A stretch of DNA of 64,000 nucleotides from Azolla caroliniana (taxonomy: Eukaryota; Plantae; Polypodiophyta): assembly GCA_043228905.1 (NCBI GenBank), contig JBHGNT010000004.1, positions 10,044,001-10,108,000 of the forward strand. Reading direction: 5' to 3'. Within the stretch, counting starts at the first letter, position 1. Each line of letters opens with the position of its first letter. Below, one piece after another: positions 60,368 to 64,000 of this stretch. The notes below the pieces were generated by a model. That model saw only the letters and a program-made list of their open reading frames with translations. It ran no database searches and was not told where the DNA came from. A program made the position numbers and the translations under genes.

Positions 60368-63300
60368 TGTTGTGAAGTTGTTGCTTCATGATGTCAAAAC
60401 AATGTCAAAAATCTATAGAAGTACATTTCCCATATGAAGCTTATGACGAGGAGCATATGTAAATTTTCGGTTTGTGAATCGAAGTTCAGGAGCCCAAGAT
60501 ACAACCTTCAGAAAGATTAATGTTACTCGGGACACAAATGTAATTATGTCAAAAGGGGGAGTCAAAATTAAATGAGGGCTATTTCTATAATTTCTCAAAT
60601 GTACAACTACAAAATCGAATTTGTAGAATCAATAGATAATAATAATAATAATATATATATATAAAAATACAATTGCCTCAAGAGGGTGGTAGGGCAATTG
60701 ACCACCCTATAAAAGCCACGCCCATGGTGGTTAAAGAGGAAGAGTAGAGGGAGAAAAGGAAGAGGAGAAGGAAGGAGGAAGAAAAGGCGAGTGAGGAAGC
60801 TCACGTGGGTGTGGGATGCACAACTTGCCAAAGAAGATGGTGGCTTGCATAAACAAAGACAAAAGTTAAAGAAAAGAAAAGAAATACAAGGAAAGGAAGA
60901 ACTTGAAGTGGTGTATCACAAATGCCTCTTTGCAAACAAAAGGTTGTGAGTTTGAATCCTCTCAAAACAATTTCTTTTGGTAATCAATTTTTGTAATATA
61001 AATTTGGTTTGTATAAAGAGAAAGAGAAAGAGAAGTAAATAAATAGAAATAAAAGAAGTTGAAGTGGTCTACCTCAAACACTTCCTCTCAAACAGAGGTC
61101 GTGAATTCAAGTTTGCCAAGTAACTTTTGGCAAATAAATATTATAAGTGGTGTTTTACAAATAAATTTCTTTTCACGTCAACGTCGCATCTATCTTCCTT
61201 TCTCGGCTTCTTGTCATCGCACCATTTGCGATTATGCCTTGTCATCCTGATCATCCCCGAGTCACAGAACCCCGACAGTTGCGACACACAACCACAATCT
61301 TTACGACATAAATTTGGTGAACCCGACGTGAAGTGTCGCCGACAAGGGGAGTTTCGGAGTTAAAATTTTCCAAAGAGAAGGTCGGAAAATCAAAGAAAAA
61401 GGCGGATAAAGGTGCCAACACAGAGATGGCGAATAAGGGCTTCAATGAAGAGATGGCAAGTTTCATGATGACGATGATGAATTAGATGCTGCAGGAGCAA
61501 AGTGCGATGAATCGGATAGAAAGTGAGTTAACACTCGCCGTACAAACGGTCATCGAGAGGATAAGCAGATTTGATGGCGAGGACATCACTCGGTTCCTCG
61601 AGGTCTACGAATACAAGATGGCCAGTAGAGGGGCAACCGGAGTACAGATAGTGTCACATATCAACTGGGTGTGCACAGTTGATGTCCGAGCAAGGGTAAC
61701 AGAATTATTAGAGAAATTCCGTGAAGATTGGCCCGGGTTTCGTCTAGCATTACTTGATGAATATATGCTAGACGATCGAACCAGAATGTCAAAGAAAAGC
61801 TTTCTTGAATGGACCGAGAAAGGGGGTAAAGGACTCTTAGTCTCAGAGTTGTTGAGGGAGTTCGAGAAAAGATATAATGCGCTCTCGGTAAAAGACCGAG
61901 AACTATTACAGTAAAAAAAGGTGGATTTATTCATCCGAGCGGCAGATAAATCTTTTAGAAAAGATATCACTATCCTTCTAGAAACCAGACAAACACGACT
62001 AGTTTGGTGTCCAATTGGGCGAAAGTACCCGAGGCTTGTCGAGTACTAAGGAGGGAGCTAAGGATGGAGGATGGCTATGACAATAGAATAATGATAACAA
62101 CCAAAGAACATCCAAAACAAGAATCGGGAACCCGAACGGATGTTGGCAAAGGAAAGGAGCCAAAATCTGGGATTGATGAACTGATAAAGGGAATGCGGGA
62201 TCTACAACTCAAGTTCACAAAGCTTGAGAAGGGTGAAAGCTTGGGTGTGAGACAAAAGCCCAATGAAGGAGAAAAGGGTGAATTCATCCGTTGATGCATA
62301 TGGTGCGATAGCACGAAGCACTAAAAAAGGGATTGTCAGAGCCATAAGGAAGCATTAGAAAGAAATGTTATCTTCTATCAAAATGGGAGAATACACTTCT
62401 CGGAGACCCGAAAACCCCTAAAAACCCACTTTGGCAAAGGTGGGATGAAGAAAGTGATGGAGGACAAAGAGTCGATGAATGTTCAGGCAATGTACTATTT
62501 CCGGATTGAAGGTTGATGATCCCCAAATTGGATCAGAATTCTGGGGGAAAGTGATAAAGTCTACTAACGACAAACGAGTCCAACCACAGGACTTACGGAA
62601 GGTCGACGATGAGATCAGGAGTAGAACTGGGTGGAATGACCCAGTAGAGTCACTCAATGCAATCACCAAGATAGCAGGGGTGAATGCCCACGAAGTGACA
62701 ACAGAAGAAAAGAGAAGGAGAACTGAGGAAGCGGGACTTTTAAGAAAACCTGAGACCCGAGAGCAAAAGACACGGGAAATGGAACGAGTTGCTGCGGAGG
62801 CAATGAAAGAAGACAAAGGTAAGTAGAAGGTCGCCCCGTCATTCAAACTCGCCTCCGACATAGAAACATCCACCAACCTAAAGCATGCACTTGAATCTAG
62901 GATTCTCGATAGTAAAGTTGAGTTAACACTCCGAGAAGTACTAGGGATCGCGAAGGTGGAATTTCATGAAGTGATCATTGATGTGATTCGTAGAAAAAGA
63001 CAAGTGATTTAAGAAATGGGTGGAGTAAATACCGTCACAATATGGGAGGAAGATGAAGATATGGAGACTGCATTGTTAGCCGGGGTATGGAGAGCTGACA
63101 TACAATGTAGTCATGAAGAGGAAAGTAGCCATTACACCCGCACACACTAGGATCGGGCGACAACCCAGGCTCCAGTCAGAATTGGTGATCAGATGGAACC
63201 GTGTGTGGCACTCATCGACCACGACTCCGAGATTAACATCATATCATCTGATTTCTACAATCCGGGGAGATGACCAATAGAAAGAAACCACGGGTGGAAG

Positions 63301-63376
63301 GTCAGAGCAACGACTGAGGTCGTGGAGGATTTATGTAGCGCATGCCCCAATATTAAAGTTACAATTGGGAACGTGT
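60368..63376 (+). mobile_element. 5' part of a degenerate Trp-primed gypsy element (LTR, PBS, gag-PR)
   Basis: LTR 60368-61308 (TGTTGTGAAG...TTTACGACA), PBS 61315-61332, gag from 61426 with stops, CIWCD knuckle, ALIDHDSE; interrupted at 63377. Confidence 0.88.
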
Positions 63377-63746
63377 TGTCATGATGACACTTACATACGA
63401 TTTGGATTTACAAGGAATAGAACCCACAACCTTATTATATACGTGTGAAGTTCTTAACCATTGTAATGATATATTTATGTGTAAAGAATTTATAAACTAT
63501 ATAGAATATCATAAAGTATTCTAAAGTACTCTATGTTCTAGAATATTCGAGAGTGCTCTATATTCTAGAACGTTCTAGAATATTCTAGCATAATCTTTAC
63601 TCTAAGATTTTCTAGAATACCCTAGTAAGACTTATAAATATGCATCTAATAATAAGGGATGAACCAATTTGGTTTAACGCCATTCTAGAGCTCCCTTGTT
63701 GTTTATTGTATTCCATCTTCTAGTGCAATACATTATCTTTACAATA

Positions 63747-63781
<35 letters not shown>

Positions 63782-64000
63782 TCTCTCAGTCTTGACAATA
63801 TCTTCTAGTGCAATACATTATCTTTACAATATACTCTCTCTCTCAGTCTTGACAGTTTGAAGCAAAATTTTCTTTCCTCCCTCATTTCTTTCTCTTCCAA
63901 GAACCTTAATAAGCTTCTTTCTTTCTTTTTCTCTTCCCTGGTAAGATATGGAGTCCGTGATCAAACAAGAATATATGCACGTCCTTTCTGAGCTCGACAT
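63377..64000 (+). mobile_element. 5' LTR (63377-63854) and leader of another LTR element running off the window
   Basis: TGTCATGA...CTTGACA, TATAAAT, TCTAGA-rich U3, duplicated 3' end; followed by GTTTGAAG rather than a TGG PBS. Confidence 0.75.

Overview
Eukaryotic, land-plant-type DNA. A non-seed plant such as a moss is my best inference from the retrotransposon types, but this is unconfirmed. Most of the window is transposon-derived. Bases 1-38329 are a deep nest. An old minus-strand Copia contains a 26.7 kb-expanded Copia (9958-36615, TSD TTCCG). That element in turn holds one intact young Copia, one near-intact Copia, a three-LTR tandem non-autonomous Gag-only element, three solo LTRs, a hAT-type MITE and a rearranged chromovirus fragment. 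A tRNA-Trp-primed Ty3/gypsy family recurs across the window as autonomous-type copies, Gag-only derivatives and solo LTRs. It has 4-bp, CpG-centred target sites and a -1 frameshift cassette after the protease. The only host-type gene (about 45.4-48 kb) is a matrin-type zinc-finger ORF with 43-aa repeats that looks truncated. Just upstream lies a 9 x 61-bp array of tRNA-like A/B-box units, and similar antisense tRNA-like modules sit inside the LTRs of two different LTR families. Everything was read by eye with no database search, so lineage names are tentative.
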